Assembly: GCF_036365525.1 (NCBI RefSeq) | Contig: NC_090382.1 | Span: 101,862,595-101,926,594 of the forward strand | DNA: 64,000 nucleotides | Origin: Heterodontus francisci | Lineage: Eukaryota | Direction: 5' to 3' | In this document: one piece after another, positions 52,893-64,000 of the stretch | Layout of the letters: each line of letters begins with the position of its first letter | How positions within the stretch are numbered: position 1 is the stretch's first letter | Notes under the pieces: generated by a model | The model's database searches: none | Told to the model about the DNA's origin: nothing | The model's input: the letters and a program-made list of their open reading frames with translations, nothing else | Made by a program: the position numbers and the translations under genes

Positions 52893-55800
52893 CTTCTTTG
52901 GCCTCCTTATCTCGAGAGACAATGGATAAGCGCCTGGAGGTGGTCAGTGGTTTGTGAAGCAGCGCCTGGAGTGGCTATCAAGGCCAATTCTAGAGTGACA
53001 GGCTCTTCCACAGGTGCTGCAGAGAAAATTGGTTCTCGGGGCTGTTACACAGTTGGCTCTCCCCTTGCGCCTCTGTCTTTTTTCCTGCCAACTACTAAGT
53101 CTCTTCGACTCGCCACACTTTAGCCCCGTCTTTATGGCTGCCCGCCAGATCTGGCGAACGCTGGCAACTGATTCCCACAACTTGTGATCAATGTCACAGG
53201 ATTTCATGTCGTGTTTGCAGACGTCTTTAAAGCGGAGACACGGACAGCCGGTGGGTCTGATACCAGTGCCGAGCTCCCTGTACAATGTGTCTTTGGGGAT
53301 CCTGCCATCTTCCATACGGCTCACATGGCCAAGCCATCTCAAGCGCCGCTGACTCAGTAGTGTGTATCAGCTGGGGATGTTGGCCGCCTCGAGGACTTCT
53401 GTGTTGGAGATACGGTCCTGCCACCTGATGCCAAGGATTATCCGGAGGCAGCAAAGATGGAATGAATTGAGACGTCGCTCTTGGCTGACATACGTTGTCC
53501 AGGCCTCGCTGCCATAGAGCAAGGTACTGAGGACACAGGCCTGATACACTCAGACTTTTGTGTTCCGTGTCAGTGTGCCATTTTCCCACACTCTCTTGGC
53601 CAGTCTGGATATAGCAGTGGAAGCCTTTCCCATGCGCTTGTTGATTTCTGCATCTGGAGACAGGTTACTGGTGATAGTTGAGCCGAGGTAGGTGAACTCT
53701 TGAACCACTTCCAGAGCGTGGTCGCCAATATTGATGGATGGAGCATTTCTGATGTCCTGTCTCATGATGTTCGTTTTCTTGAGGCTGATGGTTAGGCCAA
53801 ATTCATTGCAGGCAGCCGCAAACCTGTCGATGAGACTCTGCAGGCACTCTTCAGTGTGAGATGTTAAAGCAGCATCGTCAGCAAAGAGGAGTTCCCTGAT
53901 GAGGACTTTCCGTACTTTGGACTTCGCTCTTGGACGGGCAAGGTTGAACAACCTTCCCCCTGATCTTGTGTGGAGGAAAATTCCTTCTTCCAAGGACTTG
54001 AACGCATGTGAAAGCAGTAGGGAGAAGAAAATCCCAAAAAGTGTGGGTGCAAGAACACAGCCCTGTTTCACGCCACTCAGGATAGGAAAGGGCTCTGATG
54101 AGGAGCCACCATGTTGAATTGTGCCTTTCATATTGTCATGGAATGAGGTGATGATACTTAGTAGCTTTGGTGGGCATCCAATCTTTTCTAGTAGTCTGAA
54201 GAGACCACGTCTGCTGACGAGGTCAAAGGCTTTGGTGAGATCAATGAAAGCAATGTAGAGGGGCATCTGTTGTTCACGGCATTTCTCCTGTATCTGACGA
54301 AGGGAGAACAGCATGTCAACGGTCGATCTCTCTGCACGAAAGCCACACTGTGCCTCAGGGTAGACACGCTCAGCCAGCTTCTGGAGCCTGTTTAGAGCGA
54401 CTCGAGTGAAGACTTTCCCCACTATGCTGAGCAGGGAGATTCCACGGTAGTTGTTGCAGTCACCGCGGTCACCTTTGTTTTTATAGAGGGTGATGATATT
54501 GGCATCGGGCATGTCCTGTGGTACTGCTCCCTCGTCCCAGCACAGGCATAGCAGTTCATGTAGTGCTGAGAGTATAGCAGGCTTGGCACTCTTGATTATT
54601 TCAGGGGTAATGCTGTCCTTCCCAGGGGCTTTTCCGCTGGCTAGAGAATCAATGGCATCACTGAGTTCTGATTTTGTTGGCTGTATGTCCAGCTCATCCA
54701 TGACTGGTAGAGGCTGGGCTGCATTGAGGGCAGTCTCAGTGACAACATTCTCCCTGGAGTCCAGTTCTAGTTAGTGCTCAACCCAGCGGTCCATTTGTTT
54801 GCGTTGGTCAGTGATTATGTCCCCTGATTTCGATTTGAGGGGGGCAATCTTCTTGATGGTTGGCCCAAGAGCTCTCTTAATGCCATCATGCATTCCTCTG
54901 ATGTTTCCGGTGTCTGAGGCCAGCTGAATAAAACTGCATAGGTGTTGCCAGTAGTCGTTTGCGCAGCGCCTGACTGTTCTTTGTGCAGTGCTTCTGGCTG
55001 CTTTAAGTGCTGTGGTTGTTAAATCGCTGGGGGCTTTCTTGTAGTTCAACAGTGCAATGTGCTTAGCGGCTATGACAGGTTCCAGCTCTTCAATGTGAGA
55101 TTGAAACCAGTCTGCATTCCGCTTCACACGTTTGCCATAGGTGGTCATTGCTGAGCCATAGATGGCATTTCTGATGTGGGCCCACTTGGTCTCAGCATCC
55201 CCTGTGGGAGTGTTTTGAAGGGCTGTTACAAGTGAATTTAGAAATTTTTATAACAGCTGTGGGTGAGAAATTCTGCTCATGTTGATGCGCGGGTGGCCCT
55301 TCTGCTTGGAATGATGCAACTTCTTTGGTCTGAGTCTAACCTTGCTGCACACCAGGGAGTGATCAGTGTCGCAGTCCGCACTGTGGAAGCTGCGTGTGAT
55401 TTGAACACTGTTTAAGGCGGCTCGCCTTGTGACAATGAGGTCTAGCTGGTGCCAACGACACGATCTTGGGTGCCTCCATGAAACCTGGTGACAGGGTTTA
55501 GTGTGAAAGAACGAGTTGGTAATGCAGAGGTTATGATAGGTACACAACTCAAGCAGTCTCTGCCCGTTCTCATTCATCCTTCCAATGCCATAGCGCCCAA
55601 GGCAGGAGGGCCATGAGTCATGGTCGGCCCCAACCCTGGCATTAAAGTCCCCCAGCAGGAATAGGTGTTCGGTGTTGGGGATGCTGCTAATGATGCTATG
55701 GAGTTCCTCGTAGAACTGATCTTTAGCTTCAGGTGGGGAGCAGAGTGTTGGAGCATAGATGCTGAGTAGGTGTACTGGACCAGAGGTAGTGAGCAGTCGG

Positions 55801-56700
55801 ATGGACAGTATGCGTTCCGAGCCATTTGAGGGAGGCTCTATCATGCTGAGCAAGGAGTTTCTGATGGCGAAGCCCACTCCATGCTGTCTTGGTTCTTCAG
55901 GATCCCTGACCTGCCAGAAGAAGGTGTAGTCTTGCTCTGCTAGAGATCCACTCGCGGGGAGGCGAGTCTCCTGAAGTGCTGCAATGTCTACATTGAGTCT
56001 ACTGAGCTCATTGTTAATGATGGCGGTCTTCCGAGAATCGTTGATTTGTGTAAAATCTTCCAACAGGCCAGGACACATAGTTCTGACGTTCCAGCTTGCA
56101 AAGCGAAGGGCTGGTACCTTCTTTCCTTTATTCATGTTGTTTGGTGCGGTGTATCAGTCCACCTTTCGGGCAATGACCCTGAGCTCCAAGCACCCATTGA
56201 AGCAGGTAGACTGTGGCGGGACAGAACCTTCTTGACCGGGGACTGCCCGGTTTGAGGCGGGTGGTAGCTGTCCAGTGAGGTGCGATGACCTCTCCCACCG
56301 ACAAAGGCAACCCGTGGCGCCCAGTTTCTACGCCAATTTATCTGGACATAACCCGTAACTGCTGCCTTCCGTGTTGTTTCAGTCGCTGTGAGGCAACTAT
56401 GGAGTGACCACTCCATGGCGCATGCCTGGGCAAATGTATGGAGGTTGAGAGTTGCCCAATCGTCAAAACCCCCCTCTCGGCCTTTCTGGTGGGGTCCAAA
56501 GGAGTGCAGAGCACGACGTTTGGCACCGGTATGGCTGCAGGAACTGCCGGAAACATACCAAAGGTGACACATGACCGCCTACGGGGTTCCGCTCCGGATT
56601 ATCTGTTTGGGTTTACTCCCTTAGCCTTGGTCTCTCCCGAGACGCCCACAAGGCAGTGGGGTTGTTAGGGCCCCTACACAGGTGTAGGATGATGCCGGTG
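52893..56700 (-). mobile_element. Full-length RTE-clade LINE; single APE-RT-ZnF frame 56135-52944 (~1063 aa) with four in-frame stops
   Basis: ASWNVRT, LQETR, LLGDFNARVG, TDHSLV (APE); RT motifs; ORF pieces are all in one frame, stops at 55248, 54771, 53550, 53367; 5' end uncertain (may extend to ~57290). Confidence 0.92.
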
Positions 56701-56938
56701 GGAGGAGGGGATGCGAGGGGGAGGGGTGGAGGGAGGGGGGTGCGAGGGGGAGCTGGGAAGGGGGCTGTAAGGGGGTGGGGGAGTGCAGGGGAAGGGGGTG
56801 TGGGGGGAAGATGGTGCTAGGGGGGTTGCTGGGACGGGGTTGTGAGGGGGTGAGCTGAGAAGGTGGAGCAGGGAAGGGGACGGGGGGGGGTGCGTGGAAG
56901 GGGGGGAAGGGGGAGGGGAAGGGGGGGGAGAGCGGGTG
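56697..56938 (+). repeat. G-rich low-complexity tract (G-quadruplex potential)
   Basis: Many G4-G9 runs. Confidence 0.8.
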
Positions 56939-58107
56939 CAGGTAATAAGCCATTTCCTCAGTGCCCACCATCGACGTCCGGATAGCTCATCCACGTCCTT
57001 TGGGAGGTGAAGCATCTTTTGGCAGACTTACAAAGGTGATTATATTCACGAAGGGTTTTTTGATGTGGTTTATATAAAGGCATGCAGCATTGCCGACAGT
57101 GCGCTGCAGATGCTCTCCGAGCCATCTCCCGTGGGCGCTTTGAAGTTGCGGCCAGGGAGCCGTTCGTGGATTTTTTGGGTGTTCGTGGCACCTTTTCTCA
57201 AGTGCTGTACTCTTCAGTTTCGTCCGGATCAATTTCGTTGAGAAAACACAGAGCAGGTGTGGCTGGGGGAGGGCAGTGGGCCCAGGTAACATAAACTAAA
57301 CTAACTGTTAGCTTTTAGTTAGGGCTAAAATGAACTGATATAAAGAGCCAGGGGAGTTTAAACAGTTTAAGAGGGTAGATTGGATAACATTGTATTAGTA
57401 TCTTTCATCAATAAACCTTCCCCACCTCCTCTTCCAGTTTCCCTGTCCTTTCGAGAGATGGAAATTGCACAATGAAATTATAAGAAATGATTTTCAATGT
57501 AGTCAGGCTTTGCAGGTTTTTATTTTTAAACAGTCTGTGTACTAATGAAAGTGCGAACTGGTTAAAATTGGTAACTTCTGCACAGACTCAGGAAGGATCA
57601 ATAACACAATGAATGTTCCCTTCTGGTCATGTCAAAGTCCAGTGAGTGACAGATGGAGATATTTTCACCAGAGAAGACTGAGGGGGACAAGTTACATAAT
57701 CCAAATCTTTAAAATGATGGGAGTGACGGACAATTTAGGTGTGAGCAGATAGTTTAATTTGAATTATGAATATAAAACTAGAGGATCTGGGTAGAAATAT
57801 GAAACCTGAGATGAAAAGGAACTTTATTTCCCTGCAGAATGCAGGTGGTGTGGAGGAAATTCCCAGAAAATACATAGTTAAATAGGATCCTTTTTAAATT
57901 TCTTCTCAGGATGGGGGCAACACTGACACCTGAGGTGGTGATGGTCCGTCCCCCTCCCAATTACCTCCTCCCACATAGACTTATATTTAGCCACTCATCT
58001 CCCACAGACTCTCCTTAGTCTGGAACAGACAATGGATGAGAAGGGAATCTCAGAACTTGGATTAAGAGATGTCAACTCAGCAACCAGATTGTAATGAGTT
58101 CTATTCA

Positions 58108-58340
58108 TGTTGTCTGATGCAACATAAATGAGATGCATGGTGTCCAGTTGGTTGAATATCTCAAAAAGGTTTATTACAGCTAAACTATTACACAGTACAG
58201 AACTATTTACAAAACCTTACTGTGGGTGTTACAGTTGCAGAGTGAATCTGGCTTGTAGTCACATGACTACATCCTGCTACTTGGCTCATTAGCATACTAA
58301 TATCTTAAAGGGACATCACTCTTAAAGGCAATCATGCAAC
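58108..58340. mobile_element. Short solo-LTR-like element
   Basis: TGTTG...CAACA ends. Confidence 0.45.
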
Positions 58341-58545
58341 ACAGATCACATGTCACTTCGGCTGAGGGAATCTCTCTTGATCTCATTTCCATTCACTGTT
58401 ATACCTCTCTAAATATTGATGAACTATTTGTGATCCCGAAAGTAGGGAGTGGATCCAGGTTTATAATAAAGAGGAGCAGATCACAGGTCTGAAAGTTTCA
58501 CACAGAACAATATCAGGATTTTGCTCGGCCATCTTGTCATGTACA

Positions 58546-58672
58546 AGGTTCTGAAGAAGAGTCATTTTCAACTCGAAACATCAACTCTGTTTCTCTCTCC
58601 ACAGATGCTGCCAGACCTGCTGAGTATTTCCAACACTTACTGTTTTAATTTCAGATTTCCAGTATTTGCTTT
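58546..58672 (+). mobile_element. Penelope-type non-autonomous element beginning with a minimal hammerhead motif
   Basis: 14-bp direct repeat TCTTGTCATGTACA at 58532-58545 and 58673-58686. Confidence 0.75.
58547..58586 (+). ncRNA. Minimal type-I hammerhead ribozyme-like motif
   Basis: GGUU-CUGAAGA-A-GAGU(cauuuuca)ACUC-GAAA-CA-UC-AACU. Confidence 0.6.
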
Positions 58673-58832
58673 TCTTGTCATGTACAGAACTGGAGCTGTG
58701 CTGGATTCAAAGGGGTTTATCATCTACACAGATCCATTACCTTGGATGCATTCCAATGAATGTTTAACAGAGTGGATTCAAAAGGAATGGGAAATGTACT
58801 CACCCCATTATTGCAACATGGTTAAAGAGAAA

Positions 58833-59050
58833 TAAAAATAGAAAATGCTAGAAAACACTCAGCAGATCAGGCAGCATCTGTGGAGAGGGAAATATATTTA
58901 ATGTTTCCGGTTGATGACCTTTAATCAGAACTGGAAGATGTTCAAGATTTAACAGATTTTAAGCAAGTATAGAGCCAGGGAAAAGGGGGCAGGAAAGAAC
59001 AAAGGGGAAGGTCTGTGATCGGGCGGAGGGCAGGAGTGATTCAATGAGAA
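58833..59050 (-). repeat. Penelope-type repeat, inverted, with degenerate hammerhead core (CUGAUUA)
   Basis: Reverse complement ccagttctgattaaaggtcatcaaccggaaacatt...ctctccacagatgctgcc. Confidence 0.6.
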
Positions 59051-60329
59051 AAGGAAATACTTTCCCATTCCATTCTGAATCAATCTCTTTATCACAATCG
59101 ATCAGTACAATCAGCAAACGCTTGAATGTCGAGTTTTTAAACGATTGTTAAGGATAAATTAATAAAATATTCCCAAAGCTGTGATCATTCCCATTGAATT
59201 TGCATATTGTCTTTTCTACAACTTTTATTATGATGAGTATTTTGCTGTTAATCTTGTAGTCGTGTTCTGCTGCAAACCATTCCCTGTATGAGAGCGTGGA
59301 GACAACCTTCTCCTGAGATTCCACTATCTATCTCATTGTGTGAACAGGTGCTGGGAGGTGAATGGGTGATACCCATATTTACTGAGCCGAGTTTCATTCC
59401 TGCTCATTTATCACAGCTCAGCTCCATTCAGCTCCTCTGCAGAGAGAGTCCAGCTGACTGGGACCACACAGTTACAAATCCACATCCCAACATTACAAAC
59501 AACACACAGGCTGCTTCACTATGTCACCGCCAATCCCTACAGTTATAAAACTGTGAGCCCAGAGTGGAGCCTCACCGGCCACGAGTGGAGATCAGGAATT
59601 CAGCCCAACGTCTGCATGCATTTCCATCCATTGCAATTTCATAGTGACCTGGAAAGTTAGCACTTGTAAAGTAAAATAACAGATACTGAAACTGGGAATT
59701 ATTGAAACACACTTTGGGAGATAAACGAATCCAGCTCAATAAAAATATTACCAGAAAATAAATGCAGAATAAAACCACCTAAAGTTTCTAAGTTGGATTG
59801 ATCTAGTTTCCAGAGACTGCAGATCTCCATGGTCACAGACATGATGGGCTGAATGGCCTCTTTCTGTGCTGTAAATGCTGTGTAATTCTATATAAATATC
59901 CTGAACAATCCCCACTGGGGTTTAGAAGAGTAAGACGCAACTTGATTGAAACATATAAGATCCTGAGAGGTCTTGACAGGGTAGATGTGGAAAGGATGTT
60001 TCCTCTTGTGAGAGAATCTAGAACTCGGGGTCACAGTTTAAAAATAAACCATTTAAGACAGAGATGAGGAGAATTTTTTTTCTCTCAGAGGGTCATGAGT
60101 CTTTGGAGCTCTTTTCCTCAAAAGGCCGTGGAAGCAGAGTTTTGAATATTTTTAAGGCAGATGTAGATGGATTGTTGATAAGCGAGAGCGTGAAACGTTA
60201 TTGGGAGTAAGCAGGAATGTGGAGTTGAGGTGACTATCAGATCAGCCATGATCTTATTGAATGGCGGAGCAGGCTTGAGGGGCCGAGTGACCTACTCCTG
60301 CTCCTAATTTGTATGTTCATATGCTCGCA

Positions 60330-61091
60330 TGTAAGATATAATGTGGAAACATCATAACTGGATTATTCTCATCCTGAATATATCAAGAGACACTTTTGAA
60401 TTGAATGGTTTCTTCTGAAACAAAGACAATGTGAAGAAACCACATCTTAGGTCAGTGTTGGTCACCACAGGGAGGGAGATCCACATCTCCCCACAGAGAC
60501 AAACCATTTTTTGCCTTAAAGGGAGCTTCCTGAAGAGAAAGAGAGAGGGAGACACCCAGAAAGAAGCATCACCAAGAAGCTTGTTTCCAGCTAAAGGACT
60601 GGGAGAAATCCAGCAAGTCAGAAGGGAAGTGACCTGCTGTAAACTTCTACCTCTTTACTGATGCAACAGTGAATGAGAAGTGATCCACTGTCTTCAACTG
60701 AGCTTTTCAACCAATAGAGAATCCTACAAACACCTCAGGCCTACAACCAACAAGAAGTTGACTTCCGAGAGAGTTCAACAAGATTCCCCTGATCCTGAAA
60801 ACTACCCCACTTCAAACCACCTACTCCTTTTCCTCTCTATCTGGCTCTCCTTGTGTGTGAGCGCGAGTGAATGCAGAGTGGATGTGGTTACGACAGTTTC
60901 AGGATAAGGCATATTGTTCAATAAATAATTAATCTACTGTTTTAAACCTACAAAAACACCTGTTGCTATCTATTTATTTGACAAACAAAACACAAAGGGA
61001 TTAAACACTAATAACAAAAAAACACTTGCTGCTTTCAGGTGGGAGTTGAACAGTGGGAACCACTCACACCCCTCACCATGTGACCGTAACA
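60330..61091 (+). mobile_element. Solo LTR-like element
   Basis: TGTAA...CGTAACA ends, AATAAA inside. Confidence 0.5.
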
Positions 61092-61199
61092 GTACACAGA
61101 CTGTAGTGCAGTAGTGGTTGATGTGGTATTGTGGTTATATATGTATACATACACATAAACAATATCGATCCTAAATCATTTTGGGATAATTTAACAATA

Positions 61200-62375
61200 T
61201 AACAGAAGGGTATTCCAGAGCTTGGGGCCAAGGCAATGGAAGGCACAGCCACCAATGGTGGAATGATTAAAATCAGGGATGCTTGAGGCCAGAATTAACG
61301 GAGTGCAGATATCTTGGAGGGTTTTGGGGCTGGAGGAGATTACAGAGATAGTGAGGACAAGGCCATGGAGACATTTGAAAATAAGGAAGAGAATTTTAAA
61401 ATCACAATGTTGCTTGATTGGGAGCCAATGTAGGTCAGTGAGCACAGGGGTGATCGGGGAATGGGACTTGGTACGAGTTGAGACATGGTGTTACAGAGGG
61501 ACAAATAGGTGGTCTCAATGATGGCACAAATATGAGGTCAGAGGCTCATCCTAGGGTCAAATGTGACACCAAGGTTGTCAACAGACTGGTTTAATCACAA
61601 ACTGTTGCCTGGGAGAGAGATGGAGTCAGTTGCTAGAGAACAGAGTATGGAGCAGGGACCAAAAACAATGGCTTCAGTGTTCCCAATATTTAATTGGAGG
61701 AAATTTCTGCTCATTCAGTACTGGATGTAGGATAAGCAACAGTGAAGGAGTCGAGAGATGTTAGGTACAGTGGTTAGGTGCAGCATACATATAAAATCTA
61801 ACACTGTGCTTTCAAATAATGTCACCGAGGAGCTGCATGCAGATCAGAATTAGGAGGGAGCCAAGGATAGATCCTTGGGGGACACCAGAGGTAATGACAT
61901 TGCAGTAGGAAGAGAAGCCATTGCAAGTAATTCTCTGGCTATGATTAATTAAATAAGAATGGAACCAGTGAGACCAGTCCCACCCAGCTGTCGGAGAGTG
62001 GACAGGTCTTGGAGGAGGATGGTGTGGTCAACCATGTCAAAGGCTGCAGCCAGTCGAGAAGGATGAGGAGGGAAAGTTTACCTTTGTAAGAGTCAGTCAC
62101 ATAGGATGTCATTTGTGGCTTTGATAAGGGCTGTTTTGGTCCTGAGGCAGGGGCACAAACCTCATTGGAGGAATTCAAAAATGGAGGTCCTGGAAAGATG
62201 GCAATGGATTCGGGAGGCGACAACACAGTCAAAGACTTTGGAGAGGAAAAGGAGGATGGAAATGGGACAGCTTGAAAGGGCATTGGTGTTAAGTGTTAGT
62301 TTTGTGAGGAGAGGGGTGATGATGGCAGATATAAAGGAGAGAGGGACAACACCTGAAGAGAAAGAAACATTTATA
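61200..62375 (-). mobile_element. L2-clade LINE fragment
   Basis: LTDLHWLPIKQHCDFKIL, KGKLSLLILLD. Confidence 0.75.
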
Positions 62376-62389
62376 GTATCGATGATTTT

Positions 62390-63807
62390 TAAATGTGAAA
62401 TTACAAATCACACATATCATACCAACTCTGGAACACAAAATACATTTTTTGTTTTCAGATCTTAAGTTTTGCACAAAATCATCATGAATTTCTTTAACTG
62501 GTCCCGACTTTGGTCACATGACTAACCGATTGCAGTAGATGTTTATCTTATGGTCACAGTTTTAGATGAACCACATCTACATCCTTCCACCATCCGCCCA
62601 AGGCCAAAATGTGGTTCACCTAAAACTGTGACCATAAGATAAACATCTACTGCTTTGGGTTACTAACAAGACCAAAGTCAAAAGCAGTTAGGCAAACCTA
62701 TGACAATGCTATTATTTTCCAACACTTTTAGTCCTGATTTTTCTGCAAGAAAATTTTAATTAAATTAAGCATCACTTATTAGTGAAACAACTGAATTGCC
62801 AACAGAACTTTGAAGGACAATGAAAACCTCAAACAGAACCAGAGCATCACTTGGGAAACCAGAAAAACCAAATTGAGTTCAAGATGAATCATTTTATATT
62901 GACCAGGCAACCAGCAAGAAATCTTAAAATATGTAAAATAGCAGATGGCAGTCATTGAATTGTAAAAATCCTTCTTTTGGAGTTTTATGAAAAAGATGAA
63001 AACTTGTTTTGTCTAAAGAGGAACAGGGTGCAGCAGAAGAACTGATTTGAAAGAGTAAAAGATCAGAAAGTACAAGATCTTTCAGCAATGTGTTCAGTAA
63101 CTCAAACCACATTTAAACAAATCCTTTAAAAAGAGTATGATTGCAGTAAGATTGCCCACCTTGTCGGAAGAGACTGGTGAAGAAGTCCAGAGACGAATCA
63201 GCAAAGCTCCCAACACAGAGATACACAACAAACTGAGGTTCTCTGTCATTAAGTCGCACAAAGTCATTGACGTAGTCTCTTGTGAAACTAGAAGACAGGC
63301 GAGCTTCCTCTTCCTATTCAGCTCAGGGTTCAGACATCATTAACGTTGTGCATGTTCAAGCTGAGATAGAAAATGGCTCAAAATAGAAACCATAGGGTAG
63401 CTCAAAATGGCAACTTAACAGGAACAAAAAAACTGTTGTCTTGGGCAAACGATTCAGTTTTGGGATAAGTTATTTGACATTTCCTGGAGCATCTCAAATG
63501 CCAGAGCCTGGAGTTAATCAGAGAATCTATTGTTTTATACTAAAAGGATTGTTAAACCATGAAGTACCAGGGTCAATATACTGGAGCTCCAGCTCCACTG
63601 CAGAATTGAGGCATCGTGGGACTCCTTGCTGCCTCTGATCATGAATGCTGGCACAATCCCAAATCCCAGGGATGGGTTGATGTTTGGGCGATTGCTTCAC
63701 AGCCGTAAGATAATCAGTGATGCCCCTGATCCACTCCAGGAGCAACATTTGGGAGACGACCAATCCAGAGAACCAATGATGAGAGCAAACCAGGAATAAT
63801 ATAGCCA
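62390..63807 (+). repeat. Diverged paralog of 45205-45525 (foldback) plus 41970-43058 (units B/C)
   Basis: Colinear similarity, near-identical at ~63010-63135. Confidence 0.85.
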
Positions 63808-63906
63808 CATTCTGAAGTACTTAAATCTTATAGCCACAAATTTATAAAACACAGGGTGGAATCCTTTCTGCGCTATTGAGCACAGATTCACAGAAGATTT
63901 TATTTA

Positions 63907-64000
63907 GAACATAGAACATAGAACATTACAGCGCAGTACAGGCCCTTCAGCCCTCGATGTTGCGCCGACCTGTGAAACCATCTGACCTACACTATTCCAT
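63907..64000 (-). mobile_element. CR1/SINE 3' tail
   Basis: (AGAACAT)n followed by acaggcccttcagccc. Confidence 0.6.

Noticed and set aside
56621-57015. Proline-rich ORFs
   Set aside because: Artefacts of the G/C low-complexity tract
57207-57226. GAAAC-UGAAGAG on the - strand resembling hammerhead boxes
   Set aside because: The boxes are directly adjacent, with no room for stems I and III

Overview
Repeat-rich vertebrate genomic DNA, most likely from a cartilaginous fish (shark): HE1/V-SINE-type and Deu-domain-type SINEs, abundant CR1/L2/RTE LINEs, Harbinger transposons and Penelope-type short repeats. The only clear host gene lies on the minus strand and runs off the left end of the window. 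It is an Ig-superfamily gene made of a signal-peptide exon (36606-36666) and six single-domain exons with phase-1 introns (33513-33851, 18417-18686, 16274-16618, 15926-16195, 8204-8548, 131-403). These splice into one uninterrupted ~634-codon frame: SP-V*(no Cys)-C2-V-C2(WxC)-V*(no Cys)-C2. The V-C2-V-C2 layout and WxC motif resemble the CD4/LAG-3/G6F/DICP-type receptors, and the module is internally duplicated. Upstream (41-46 kb and 62-64 kb) is a locally multiplied block containing a candidate ETS/PU.1 promoter plus first exon and a ~220-bp foldback. The rest is transposon-derived: a full-length RTE with four stops, a 5'-truncated RTE with an intact RT frame, an internally deleted Gypsy with both LTRs and TSD, solo LTRs, degenerate Harbinger (transposase + Myb/SANT) elements, MITEs, and a 127-bp TSD-flanked element carrying a minimal hammerhead-ribozyme motif. 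All identifications are by eye; no database searches were run.
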